A stretch of DNA of 62,515 nt, the filler included, from Choristocarpus tenellus KU-1152 (Eukaryota > Protista > Phaeophyceae): NCBI GenBank assembly GCA_964200185.2. It is 12 parts of 12 records of this genome, joined end to end, with 100 filler letters (N's around TTAATTAATTAA, not from the genome) between each part and the next. Parts side by side here need not be neighbours in the genome. Positions count along the whole stretch, not along the records: positions 37,038 to 45,955 come from CAXNAD020004199.1; positions 46,056 to 50,313 come from CAXNAD020015441.1; positions 50,414 to 53,600 come from CAXNAD020021677.1; 9 more parts are not named here. One strand, given 5' to 3'. The notes under the pieces are model-generated. The model was not told where the DNA came from. It saw only the letters and a program-made list of their open reading frames with translations, and did not search any database. Both the position numbers and the translations under genes were made by a program. Of the stretch, positions 37,866-51,601 are shown one piece after another. Within the stretch, counting starts at the first letter, position 1; each line of letters starts with the position of its first letter.

Positions 37866-40800
37866 CTTGTGTGCCGTATACACAAGAACCAGTGATGGAG
37901 CTGGTAGAATTTTGGGAATCGCACAACCTTTACTGCTTGATGATGCTCCTCCAGTACCCTGTTGCTGTCTACCAGCATGTCCATCGCCCTGTCTTCCCCC
38001 AATGCCTCCCAGCCTCTGTCCGTTTGGGCCACGACGAACAAAGCTGCTATATTCCATGTCGGAGCAATATTCCAAGGAATTGGAAGGATGTTACATGCAG
38101 TGCCCACAGGGGGAGCATCCAGGGTGGGTATGGGGAGTTGGTACATATACTAGGGGGATGGCATGGGGCACTGAATAGATTGCAATCAAAACAATGCACC
38201 TGGTTAGTAGTAGCGGGGGACTGCAGAGTGATTATGCGGATACCCTCAGCAAATGTTATGATAATCTGGTAGGGGTCAGGTAAAAGAGTGCCGCATGCAT
38301 AGATCTTAAAAGCACATTGAACTACTCCGTACTGGGTACAAGAAATATTCTCCTCCTTGCTACAACAATATATATAAGACACCTAACTGTACCTGGAACC
38401 ACCCTGAAACATCATCCTCCCTAAGACATTAACATGAAGAGGTCTACCAGATGATTTTCTCAACCTAAAAAATAATCAGTATTGTGGACAATTTAATCCA
38501 AAAAGGTACCCTACCTTGCTTGGGGGTGCTTTCCCTGCCCTGGATGCACGCCCTGCACCCCTCCAAATCCTTCATCAGTGAAGGTCCCTGTCAGGTCCCA
38601 TACCTGTACTCTACCAGCAGTATCTCCACTAACAACAATCTCCCTTGCGACATTCATTTCTCCCCCTTGACTGCTGGCACTACGTGTCTGAGCACCCATC
38701 ACTATTCTAGCATGAGCAAGGCAAAGCACAGGCTTCCCCTGAGGAGTAGCTACTCGCCAAGCCTCCGTCATCACACCAGAACCAGCTGCACCCCCTACCA
38801 ACAGGCCAGAGATGCGCCCATCTGAGTCCCCACATACGACAACGTGGGGAGAGATTCTCACAGGGCCAGCAGCAGAGGCAGTGATTGCATTTCTCCACTG
38901 TTTGGCTGTGGTCGACGGTAAGGTCCTTCCTGAGGACTGATACTTGGGTGAAGGCAGGCAGGAGCAGCGGCAGGAAGGAGGAACGGGAAGCAGGAGCAGT
39001 AGATGAAGATTTGAAAGGGTAGTAGGGCAGGCCACCACAGTGGAGGTGATGACTGCGCGAACTTGGCCAAGAGTTCGGGTAAGTACAGCTGTTCATAGTC
39101 AGAGTAAAATTGGATTTCCTCACCAAACGTTCTGGATCATCAGCAGACGCAGCAGCAATCTTACTGCTTCCAGTATCTTCTGCCTCAGTTGCTGCACCGA
39201 AGTGCCTGGAGCATGAGCTCGTGGGTTGGGATATTAATTGCTGACAATGACCACATCTTGGTCGGGGGGATAGAGTTGATGAGCTGGAGTTGCCATCATT
39301 CTCAAAGGAACCCTTGGGCAACAAGGGGAAGGCGCACAATGCCAAGGCCCGACGATGCTGCTCAGAACCAGGGGGTGGCATGGCAGTGAGGACCCAGTGG
39401 ACCTGTATCAGAGGGGTGGGAGAAGGGGGGTTCAGCTGAAGCTGTTTATGTGAGAGGTGTGTAAATGAAAGACATTGCTTGGTGATAAAGGAAGGACCAG
39501 GTTGTTCTAAGATCAAGTAGCACTTGCAATGATGGTGACTAACCATTTTCTCGCTAAATTTAGTCAAGAAAAACTGCTCCAAATATGCATTCTGTGGTAC
39601 AGTATTTACTGAAAATACCAGTTCAAGTCTGAACCTATACGAACCAAAATGCTACAGAAATGAAGGCCCAGTTGATGCAGTTACACACTAAGCAAATCCT
39701 CAACCACACACAGAATCATAACCTTGAAAAAACTCAGAATGGGGCAATGAACAAATCCTATTGCCTATAGCATCACACATCTGCTACATGGCATTGGCCA
39801 CATGTAGTGCCCATTACTGTTTCACCTCAGGCAATATCACAACTCCTTGTATTCCACCCCTCTCCCTGCACTCCACCCAGCACCGTACTTCCAGCTTGCC
39901 ACCGGCAGAAATGATCAGCCCTTCCCTTTCCTCTTGTTCCTCACTCTCACTCCTCCCTCCTCTTTGACGTACCGAAACCACAGCAAGTGCTCGGACACAA
40001 GACTCATGGGGTGGCAGGTGCTGGGCCAAAGTAACAAATGGTGCCCTGTGTTGGTCCCCAGTCACCTCACTCTTTGTCATGACCTTGGCGCTTTCCCTGG
40101 TTCCATCCTTGTCAACAGTCCTATCCCTGTCCCTGGTCACACTGCTTCGCTTTCTGTTATCGACATCTACATTTCCTTCTTCACTGCGCATCCCACTCTC
40201 CACATTGATGTCACTTCTGCGTGACGATCTGCACTGATGCTTTGGTTTTCTTTCCCCTATCTTATCCAGGGGGCTCCCTTTACAGTGATGCAGAGGCTCA
40301 GTGACACCCTTCTCCATGGTATGCCCGCTCATGGACACAGCAATGCTCTCACCCTCACAACCTACTGACGAGAAGTCCTCTTCAATCTTCCCCTTAGTGT
40401 CAACCTCCTTGTCATTGTTGCAACCTGATACATGGGAACTGGCCCTCGACAACCTCCTGTCCTCGGGTTCCTTCCATCCTTGGTTGTTGGTTTCTGTTTG
40501 GAGCTGGTTATTGATGTGAACCTTGAGCACCTTGACTGAGCCGTCCTCACCACCTGGCCGAAGGGTGAGTCACGGGGATATGTGGGAAACTTCTGAGATG
40601 CTTGAACCTTGCTTTCTTTATGGATCAGCACCCCAAAAGTCAAGGTATTCGGTGCATTTTCAAGAGGAAAAATAAGATTCCTGTCTCCAAGCACACTGTT
40701 TGAAGCTTTGTCACACCTCAACCAAAAGACAACACACACACCAATAAAAGTAAAAAATTGGGTTCAACTTCTCAACGTTTCCAAGCTATACCTTGAGTAC

Positions 40801-43800
40801 GTTGGTCTCATTTCTTGATATTAAACAATGAAAAATAAGCATCTGCAGATGACAGAGTTAGAGCTCTTCTTAATCTGAAATGTGAAACATTTAAAGCTCT
40901 AGGGTTGGAATAATATTATGACACTTGGTCAATCAAACATTCGGCTTGTACTGGGCACAAGACAAGAGTTTGCCAACCCATGGTTACAGCACCTTCAGTG
41001 CTATGCTAAGGCAGCACATGGAAGGGGGTTTGTTCCTGTGTGTGTTCATTGTTAGGTACTTCACTATTCTGTTGGTTTCAAATGTTTCAGTAAAAAGGTT
41101 CCCTAGGTGGCATCGCATATCCACAATACTAACACCAATGTAGGTGCAGTGTGGTGGTGGCGCTGCTGAAGGTTAGCAGCCCCTACCTGCAATGTTGGTT
41201 GCTGTGTATTTCCTTGGCTCTGCCATTCATCATACAAACTATGTAGCACACCAATGGTCTTGATACACCATTTCAAGGAGGGGGAAAGTAGGCTTCTAAT
41301 AGTCTGCTCCACTCTGCTCAAGTGCCCCCTGTGTGGTTAACAATGACGAATCTCACCTGTGAGTAGCCTCAGTCCTTTTGACACTTCCCTTCCCTCAGCT
41401 ATCGTTGATCCATATATCTCCTGAACTCCCCTGACTATATTCCTGTTGTTTCTAGTGCCTCCAGTACATCTATGTCCAACCAAAAACCGTACTGTGTTGA
41501 CATGGTGGCTGTGGAAAACGTGGCCAAGGTCTACCATAAGGAGATGATTACTGCGTACATTCTGCTCCTTACAGGACATCCCACTTCCACTTCCAGCCTC
41601 TCCTGCATTCTTACCAGAATCCATTACACATGTCTTTTCTTCCAGCCTTGGGACATCACCAAGCTCGGTTCCTTCCCCAATGCTAGCCCCACACCTGCTC
41701 CAAGATCCTTCCCCAACCCCTGGTCCACTCCTAGAACTTACTTCACCCCTAGTCCGCACTCTTCCTCTAGCAGAACGCGCCTTCATCAATGCACTTGAGT
41801 TTTTGGTCACTAAGCTTGAGTGGTACCATAGTCCATGGCAACTTCGGGATACGTTTTCTTGCCCATACCGGTGCTCTTTGACTGAAGGAGTAGCACTTGT
41901 TGGAGCTGAAGAAAATACTGCAGTGTGCTGAAATAAAGGATGTGCTGGGTGGTAGGATTCACATAGTCTGGTATCAAGGAAGGACAACTGAGGGGTCCAT
42001 TCCAGGTGCAGATCCTGTGTAACATTTCTCCCTCCACATTCCAACTGCATCCCATTAGAGGGGTCGGGGAAGAATTGGGTTAAAGGGTACAAGTGAAGTT
42101 AGCAGTAGCAAATATGATTTGGAATAAGGATATGAGGGAAGGGATTGACCTGAACGTGGCCACTGTGCGTCAACCATTAACTATAGACAAAAAACCAAGC
42201 ACACAGTATAATGTACTGCATGGTGACATGGTCTTCATCTTCATCCTTCATCATCACCTTAATTGACGTCCACCATCGTATCCCTCACCTGGTCGCAATC
42301 ACGCGCAGGTTGTCAACAAGTTTCTCCCCTTCCACATCACTACCCACGGTTGACTAAGCACATCCTATATTCACAGAGCTTACCTCAAGCAATTGTCGCT
42401 CTTGAATAACGTCCCACAATATCATTCTTGATGAGGATTGCCCACAAACCGTAAGACCTCTTGTTCCAACTTCATCCTCAGGCCCCTGGAATTTTTTCCA
42501 GCATCTCCCATCCACCCACATGCCTGAGATTGAGGCAATCGGGGTGCAAGGGTAGCAGGAAATTCTGGAGAGGAAAACAGGCAGTTCTTGGTGCTCTGGG
42601 TCTTGGGCAGGATATGTGATAAGATACTGATTGATGATTCCGTCGTGCCCAGCTGATAGGAGGTAACGCCAGACCAAGGCGAGGCAGGACACCTGTGATT
42701 TCTCCGTTGGGAAGGGAGCGAAGGAAGTGAAATAGGTTTTCTTTTGATGCTCCATCTATGCTCTTGATTTGGAAAAGAGTAAAGATTAATTAGATCACGC
42801 ACCACTGATGACACTTTCCCAAATCGATTACAAGTCCTCCAGTCCAAAACACTTCATCGCCAACCCTGTTCATGCCACATGCATTGACACAGAGTGTTCC
42901 CAATATGTAGTCACCCCTTGCAAAGACCGACCTTTCTTTTCACTCCAAACTACATACCTTCGATTGAACCCTCTGGTCCCTATTCCTTTGTACACCCAAC
43001 AATCGTGTTGTACGGAGCAACCTCACCAGTGAAACTTCCCACCTGATCTTTGGCATGCTGATGCCTCAACACCACACATGGACTGACTGCTCCTTTCACT
43101 CGAAGAGGGCTCATTTTTCCTTTGCCCTTGCACACCCTAGGCTGTCTCCCTTCCCCTCTGCTTATCTCCAGCCCCTGCCCCCCCTGAAAGGCATACAAGT
43201 TCCCCTTGGAATCACCACAGAACATTATGGATTCCCAGTGACACATGTATTCGGTTTTCATCATCTTCTTGACTTCTGGTGAGTGAGATCCAGTTCCCAT
43301 GCTTGCGCCTGCCCTGACTTCCTCTCCATCCTCTACTATATCTCCATTTCCTCCTGACCTCGCCCTCACATAAAACTCTCCTCCGACTTCCGCATCTTCC
43401 TCCAGTAACTCTGTACCTGTGCCCTCCTGTCTGCCTACCTTTGAATCCAGCCACATCCCTGACCCTGGTCTTGTACCCTCAGGCACTGACATTGGGAACA
43501 CATGATCTGAACAGCAAGGGCGCCATAAATGGGCCATTTCATCAATGACAAAGCTTGAGATGAAGGCACCAGGAACCCCTGTTTGGCAGGCCTGTGATTG
43601 TGTGAGGTGATCGAGACCAGATGTGAAGTAGAGGGTATGGTGAACTCCTTGTTACCTGTTTCTCCTATTCTTATACATTTCTTACACTCCTGCTTTCTTT
43701 GAAGTAATAGAGCATGCAAGGGACTACCTTGGGGCGGGGGTAGTGAAAACAGGATGTATCTACACAGGGTGTATCCATGACGGAGACATCTGATCTATCA

Positions 43801-45600
43801 AGGGCACTAGCAGCTATCTGGGTTTTGCTGGACAGTTTGTAATGCAGCCGAATAATCTTGGTCAAACAAATCAAGGTTGAAGACTTTGTTGAGAAAGAGG
43901 GTTAAGTCAGTTGGGAATAGGGGGTAAATGCTGGTTACCAATAGAGTAGAAGAACGCACTGCTTGTTTCATACAGAATGAGAAGAAGGGAATAGTGTCAT
44001 TCTCTCCTAGGATCCTTCGTTAATGCCACTTTATCCATAACAATAGTTCTACACAAAAATAGATCTACTTCCAGGGTACTTCGATGCACCAAACATACAT
44101 CAAATGATACATAAGTAGTATTTGATACTTGTTCACCTACCAATAAGCATATCCTGTGAAGATTGAGGTCAGGCAACACTATGACAGTGAATCATTTCGG
44201 GTTGCTGTATCCAGAGTACTCAGCTATTCTCACCATCTTCAATTCAACTGACGGGCAGTTGCAATGTATCCCTTCTGCAAGCACTCTGCCAGTAGTCCCT
44301 TTCCCCTCTGGAGTCACCGTGGTAGTGATATTCTGCTGCATTTCACATGCTCTCCCCCAATGCAGATGCAATCTCCACCAGGCAAGAACTCCATCTGCAC
44401 CAACTGATACAAGCACAGAATCATGGCTTCCATCATCCGTGGACCCACCTAATCGAAGGCGAGACGTCTGCAGGGCAGATTTGACATGAGGGTAAAGATA
44501 CCCCTCCCTTGCTTCCGTACACCAAAGGTGTATGATCCGAAGTCCATGTCCTTTCCAGTGCAACAAAACCTCCCATCCTAAATCCTGTTGTTCTTCCTCA
44601 TTAATCTTGCCCATATCCATCACATGTTGAAACCTCATATTATCACAACCCGGAGTGGATACATGGGCCTTACATTGAGTTGATCTGGGGGTTAAGATGG
44701 CTAGAGATCCGTCATCCCACCCTGTTGCCACAGCAATCTTTTTTATGACCTCTGCTTTGCTAAGGTCATGGGCATCATGGCCCCCATCACATTCCACCAT
44801 GGCTATAGCAGCAACTTTGCCATGATCTTCACCTGATTGCCCTCCCGACTCAACCTCTCCTTCCCAAATTGGTCCGGCTGTCCTGAATCCCATCCCTTCG
44901 ACTCCACTCTCCCCTTCTCTCCCGGGCTCTACCCTCCTTCTCTGTTCTTTCCTCTCTCCTGCGTGTTCAGTCCCACACAACCTTTCTACACAAACTATCT
45001 CCTCCCATGTGCCTGAAGCTAGGTCAACCCACCAGACGCCACCATCACCAAGGAGCACTGATGCAGCTCTGCCCCTGTCCCCCAGGCACACTTGACGCAC
45101 AACAGTTTGCCGTCCTGCACTCCCAAATATCTGCCTGCCTCCTCTGTTCAGCATACTTGCCCCAACATCTGTTCCCTCTCCCCTCGACACTGCTGCCTCT
45201 GATCCCATCTCCACTTCTTCTCCACTTCCTCTACTTTCTGCCTCGACCCTCAATTCTTTTCCTGTCAAAGTTCCTGCTCCTTCATACCCCACAACTGGCA
45301 CCTTAACCACTTCCTTCCCCCCTGCCACAACCTTTGCCCCAGTCCCAACCTCAATACTCTTGCCTTGAGCAAAACCTTTTCCCACATCTTGGCTGATGGG
45401 CAATGACAGGACCCTGGGTTCTTGACTCTTTCCTGGTGTGGCCTCGATCTTGTAACCATTGTCACCCAGTGAGGATTCATCTGTTGATAGGGGGGGGTCA
45501 AAGTGGTGATTTTTGCTGGTTAAGGGGAAGGTGTGCGGAGGGCGGTGATGGTAGCAATGGCGGATCTGTGGCGTCTCAAAGGAATGTCTTTCTGTGTCAT
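37866..45600 (-). CDS. WDR6: WDR6/Trm734-like WD40-repeat protein (partner of the tRNA 2'-O-methyltransferase), internal part
   Basis: Exons 44234-45600 and 43043 to about 43650, then phase-consistent exons 42384-42692, 41357-42044, 39826-40553, 39124-39402, 38515-38942 and 37866-38046. Ordered WDR6-type motifs: CGDSKGNL, H.KDQV, SAGHDG, ECGGR, FHSHHVNTVRF, TGGEDGSVK, HESCVRALA, ISAGGK, CGDSDG, SGDTAGRVQVWDLT. Confidence 0.8.
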
Positions 45601-45784
45601 CTGAGTTAGCAGGAACTAGGGAGGGATGGAAGCATGGAGGGAGGATGGAGTTGGACAGGAGGTTAGAGGTGTGTGGGTGTGAAGGAGAAGGGGAGTAAGG
45701 GGAGTAATACATTGATAGTGTGGAGGGGAGCATGGGTGTGGCTGTGTGGGATAGGGCAACAAAAAAGCACAAGGAGTACAAACT

Positions 45785-45955
45785 GACTCAAAGTATCTGG
45801 GGGGGGATGGTGACTGTTGATTTGGGGTAAATTTTCTTTATGTCGCGATTTTTGTGTGATTTGGTTGCATACATCGGATGGATAATGTAAGTGCTCTTTT
45901 CCTGGTCATGGTCCAAATGGACACCCTGGTGTAGACCCCCCCCCCCCCCCCCCCC
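45785..45955. mobile_element. MITE family B copy, truncated by contig end
   Basis: GACTCAAAGTATCTGGGGGG...CCAAATGGACACCCTGGTGTAGACCCCC, colinear with 5069-5248. Confidence 0.87.
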
Positions 45956-46465
45956 NNNNNNNNNNNNNNNNNNNNNNNNNNNNNNNNNNNNNNNNNNNNT
46001 TAATTAATTAANNNNNNNNNNNNNNNNNNNNNNNNNNNNNNNNNNNNNNNNNNNNGGGCTCTATTGCTAGCCCCAGTAGGCACGTTGCATGCATAAGTTA
46101 CATCTCCACCCCCGCATAGATATCCAAGCCTATGTTCTGTCTGCTGGTCAACATACTCTAGACAAAAACACCCCCAACACTTAGTAAAGAGGGGAATGAA
46201 ACTCAACTAGCAGCAAAAGGGCAGTATGAGAAGGGACAGGACACGCTTCAACAGAATAGCAAGATGCGCCCTCTCAAAAACAAAAGATTGTCTTGTTTCA
46301 CACATGCAGAGGTCTAAAAGAAACATAAAGAATGCTACACTCCAATACCTTCACATTGTGGATATAGAGGAGGGGGGGGGGGGCTCAAAATGACACTACA
46401 TCAAATTTCACCATTAATAAAGTGAGGAGGTTCATGTGCATGCTGTCTGGCCCAACTACACTCAC

Positions 46466-48418
46466 GCTAAATGGTGGTTGACCCATCTCAGCAGCAACAC
46501 CTCCACAGGCAGCTCAGCAAAGGCATCCTCATCCTCATCCTCTGCCATAAGGTGAATCAGATCCGGGGAGTGCTGTTTGCATCGGGGGGCACATAAATAG
46601 GGGGGGAGGGTTAGGGGGTTGCAGAAGGTATGCCCAAAAACGTTAGATTACGGGGTACGGATATACTTCGGCACAATCAATCATTTGGATTGAAAGAGAT
46701 ACAAAAAGAACCCGCAGCACAGCCAATCAAACCCAACCCCTGTCACAGTGTGTCTTGTCTGTGCTGGCAGGAGGAGTATCGTGCCTGCATCTGTGTTTGT
46801 GCAACCCAATATATGTTCAAAGGCTTGTATGGGTCTATCCTGTGTGAGTGACCTTGTATACCCACACTGTTGCTCATCTCACTATATATCCATTGAACCC
46901 AGAATTTTCCACTACTCGTTACTTTGAGAGAGGGGGGAGGGTGACGAGGTGAGAGCACATGGAATTGAACATGCAATTCTCACACCTTGAGATTGAACTG
47001 TGACAGTAGGTGGAGTCTGATAAGCTGCCACAACATACTGAGGCAGTGGCTTGATCGTTGCAGGATGAAATCCTCCGCACCCATATTGGTGAGGGACACA
47101 CCAGCAGCCTTTGCGGCATTGAGTGCCACATTGAGGTTCTCTGTGGCTCTGTATATGCTCAGTTCCCCCCCGTCTGTGACTACATTGATCCTTGCATGTT
47201 CTATGGATGAGAACAAAAAGAGGAGACAGTGTTTGCCAAATACATTTTTCAGATCAGCAGCAGGCAAGAAAAAGGAAGGCGGTGAGCACTCTCGAGCCCT
47301 ACAGATCTCAAGGGATGCGGTAGGAAGGTATGTAGAAATGTGAAAGGTCCCACACCAACAAAAAAAATGAAAGGCGTGATTTGTCTCCAAGATCGATCCA
47401 GGTCTCAATCAGATTTTGGTATCAAGACGGAAGGAATAAGGGATCATTAAAAGTCTGGAGCAAGGGAAATATTCCCAGAACAAAAATATCTACAGCAACT
47501 TTACTTTTGAACTTTCCCCTCCCTGTTTCCTATTACTCTGTAAGCCTTATTCGCTCTCCTTCGAGAGGTCGCATCGATTCATGCTTCATCTGTACTCGGG
47601 ACTCACCTATGGTGTCTGGAGCAGCCAGGTAGACAAGACGACACAACAGTATGCCATCCGCACACTTCTGGAATAGGTCTTCCCCATTCCGGTTGAGAGG
47701 GAGGAGGTGCTTCAAGAAAGGGTCCTTGGACAGGTGGAGGTTGATATGATTCGCGTAGGCTATCTGACATGGGCAATGGACAACAAAGTCAGCTAAGGAA
47801 CCAGATCATGTAGGAGGGTAAATAGGAAGAAACAGGGTTATCAAGGATTGACAATCCCGTTTGAGCACAAGGGAATCGGAAGGAGGGAAGAACATGAAAA
47901 AACTGTATGGGAGGCCTGAGACTTAGACAAGGAAAAGGGACGGCATCGGAAATGTAGCTCACCTTCTCATTTTCTTCGTATGTTGTGAAGGAACTTCCTT
48001 GCCTCTTCACGGTTGATAATGCCTTCATCGAGGAAGTCTTATTTGCAATTATATCAAGGAGAGGGGGGGGGGCAAAAGAATCATTGTCGTTCTCTCCATC
48101 TTTCGTTGACTGGCCACGCTTCACGAGTGCCTGATTCGTAACATTGTCTCTCAAGTGTGCAGACAACAGTTTCCTGTGTGTACGCTGAACGGGCGTCCCT
48201 GGTGGTGCGTGGGACAACCCGACCCTAACGGTGTCCAGCTCGACCACAGAGGAAGGATCGCTTTTAAGCGATCCACCCTTCGAAAGAGGAGATACCATGC
48301 CCGCGTCCTTGCATTCGGCTATGTCTCTTCCTCCTGATCCACCACTACTTTCAATTCCACTATCCTCCTTAGACTGCTTCTTTTTGCTCTTCCAAGCCGA
48401 GTTTGTCTTCCACCGCAT
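46466..48418 (-). CDS. Fimbrin/plastin-like actin-bundling protein (calponin-homology domains), 5' part
   Basis: Exons 47963-48418 (ATG), 47607-47763, 46986-47200 and 46466-46572 are phase-consistent. Motifs: EENEKIAYANHINLHL.KDP, LF..CADGILLC.LV..A.PDTI, ENLNVALNAAKA.G...NMGAED, LWQLIR..LL, LPVEVLLLRWVNHHL. Confidence 0.9.
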
Positions 48419-49103
48419 GACTTGCAGGGAGCGATAGTGGCGTCACAACAAATTAAACCAACGGTCAATGTATTGCGACCTGTGAACAGCATAAACCTCC
48501 AGGATTGTATCAGGTCTGATATTTGGGGCTCCTTGACACGAGTCGCTCACAGAAGAATTGGAAGTCCTCTAAAGGTGATTACGTTTGTCCTTGAAGCGTG
48601 GTGTTATTACAGATCAGCAGTCACTGGTGTCATTCCAGTGAAAGTCCACTTGCATACAAAATTTGATAGACATTACCTATGTTGTTCAAAAACCCTATTT
48701 CATTCAATATGACTACAATAAAAGAATTTTGGTTTATTGAATGATTGATTGGCTACAAACACTACAATCAAACGTTGGATGTTTGATGCAGTACACAATA
48801 CATACTGGATCGAATCCGATCGGGATGATCGGATCACTTGATATTCACCATTGTTTCAGCAGTCTTAAGGGAATGTTTATTTTTGTATCTTGAAGTAGAT
48901 AACATGACATAGAAATATCCCGTAGGTACATGAAAAACCTTGTATCTCCTTGACTGTGTGACGCATTGTATCTTTTTTTTTTCTCATCAGTATTTTGAAA
49001 CGAAACGAAGTAGGATCTCATTTTGATGAAAAAGGTGCGAAGTGGTTTGGTGTGGTTCCTACCTGTAGTGTCACGTTAAAGTATTGCCTCCATGGCCATT
49101 TCC

Positions 49104-50143
49104 ATGAATGTGGACGCTCAAAGCGAATCTTCGGGTCGATCGGGTCGATCGGTTCGATCGGTTCGATCGGGAAGCTCGAAAAGTAAGTACAGGGTGGTCT
49201 CACGAGGGAGTAGTGTGGACGAGACCTTGTTTGGCACCAAGAGTTGTGGCGAGAGAGGCCAATCCAAAACGGGAAGAAAGCTACTGGTCGGTCAGGTGGG
49301 TACCAAGTGAAAGCGGTCAGGTGGGCCTGTGACTTCAGTACGATATTATCAAGAATGATTTCTGCTTTCAAGCCATGGTGGATTTGCTGTTTTTCTTTCG
49401 TTTCAGCAAATTGATCCTATTATCACGTTCGTGGGTAAGCAATCATCATAGAATGACTCAGAGACCCTACAGTGTGCCTGTTTGATAAATAAAACACTCC
49501 CTAGTCTCTGCTATTTAACTTGGAGTTCCATATTTGCATAGGACCCCCAGGTGTATACTTGACCCACCTGTGGCCTAGTTTTATGTCTAGTCTCCAGTCT
49601 CAAACCTTCCACTCCCCATCTCTATCTTTCCGTCTCTGTGAGGTAGGTCCCCACGAACGCCACAATAATAACGGAGGAAGAACTGGCTGACATCAGGTCA
49701 CGGGCTTTGATAAAGTCAGCGGCTGATGAAGAGGCAGACAGGGTAGTGAGAGAAAAGACAATGGAGGTGAGATAAGAACTGGGATCGTGCACGAGAGGAG
49801 CAACCAAATAGGAATATTTTCCCACCGAAATGTCATGCACCTTCCACAGAATTGGGGAATATGGTAGAAGATGTGCGGTTCATAAAACGTCAGCCTTGTG
49901 TATCAGACAGTAGTTTAATGGAAAACTGAGCACAATAGTCACTGGTCTATTGGAGGAACTCCCATTCCTCAGTACTGGAGGAACTCCCATTTCTCTGTAC
50001 AAGAAGTGCTCATAGTCCGTCACCGAACCGAATATCGGCATTCCATCCTATAGGAGCGGCAAAGGGCAGCACGAGCACGCAAACAACGGATGCTGGAGAT
50101 GGAAGAGCAGGCAAAGCAGAAGGCAAAGAAGAGTGATATAGAG
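49104..50143 (+). CDS. CFAP45: Cilia- and flagella-associated protein 45 (CCDC19), 5' part
   Basis: Exons 49104 (or 49092) to 49295, 49647-49766 and 50054-50143, all phase 0. It has the N-terminal SKYRVVSRGSSVDETLFG motif and the coiled coil ARARKQRMLEME...KKSDIE. Confidence 0.82.
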
Positions 50144-50246
50144 GTATGTTACAGTTTAATTTGTCCTTGTTCTCCATGCTGAAGCCTTACTACGAAAAGG
50201 TTTTGTTGCCTTTTCTACCCCAACAATCTCACGTTTCTACTCACGT

Positions 50247-50313
50247 GAGTGAAACTATCTTAGAGGGTACGAATTTTTCCCTGTTTGTCCATTTGTGGGG
50301 CTTGGCTTCCCAT
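50247..50313. mobile_element. MITE family A, left part, in a CFAP45 intron and truncated by contig end
   Basis: GAGTGAAACTATCTTAGAGGGTACGAATTTTTCCCTGTTTGTCCATTTG. Confidence 0.85.
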
Positions 50314-51601
50314 NNNNNNNNNNNNNNNNNNNNNNNNNNNNNNNNNNNNNNNNNNNNTTAATTAATTAANNNNNNNNNNNNNNNNNNNNNNNNNNNNNNN
50401 NNNNNNNNNNNNNGGGGAATCTAGTACGGGCTTGCAAAACTTTTCTGGGCAGGCCCCGGGGCAACTGGGGGGGGGGGGGGGGAGGGGGTTTTCCTAGCTG
50501 AGGGAGATGAGGCGTTTCACATCTATGCAGTGGAGTGGACTGAGGACCGTTTGAGGCAAGGGGATATTGAGACTCTGGGGGGGAGGGGGCAGACATGTTA
50601 GTTGAGTTACTTGGGGAGAGGTGTAGAGTATGTATATGTGATTCTGTATGATTTGCTTGTCCATTGGTATTAGTAGTAGTAATGCGTTCTATGAAATGGT
50701 TGTTGAGTAAGTTGGTATTAATTTTGATAGTTTAGCTTAGTAATGGTTCAATGTAGTAGTTGCTTTGTGGGCACGTATGGATAGGTGAGAAGATTTGCAA
50801 TGCCATTTTTTATAGCTTTTTTCTTGTACAGTTGAGGTTCAATATACATTTTTTAATTACTTGTGTACGTATATCTTTGAAAATAATAAAAAATATGTTT
50901 GTGTATTTTTGTAGGTAGATTATTGCATGGAACACGTCACATCTCATGTATGTGTGTATCATGTTAGTACAGCTGTGTGAGGTTAGGTTGATACAGGTGC
51001 TTGGACTGCATCCCTTCTGCTGTTTCAATTCATTTCCCTCTTGGGAGGGTGCCTAATGTGTGATTTAGTGTTTGAGTATGTGTGTATTTTTATTATTTTT
51101 TATTATTTTTATTTGTCTTTGATAGGGCTATTCGTACTTACCAGGTTTTGTAACTGTATGTATTTTTTTAATCTAATGTGTGTTTTATTTTTTGTCTTTA
51201 TGTTTTTATTTCTGGAGGGACTATGGGAAATTAATAATAATTCCTAGTTTATTGTGGAAGGTGGTGCAGGTTTTTATTATTGTTATTTTGTTTTTATTAA
51301 TGTTATCTCTCTATTGCATATATACCACTATGCATTGCACATACATTTTGGAGTATCTCATAGGAATGTTATGTGTGTGTGCCTATATGTTAACAAGTGT
51401 GTATTGTGTCTATGTATTCCCAGTGCATTATTATTGTTATTATTATTATTAGTATTATTAGTATTTTACAGAGTGTTAAGAGTCAATTTCGCATGTGAGT
51501 GGATAGTGGTAGTGTCTCTTCTCTTACGAATATTTTACAATAATTTTAAGGCGTTTTTGTTTGGTGCGTTTGGTGCGTATATCTTATCCCTCTTCTGCCA
51601 G

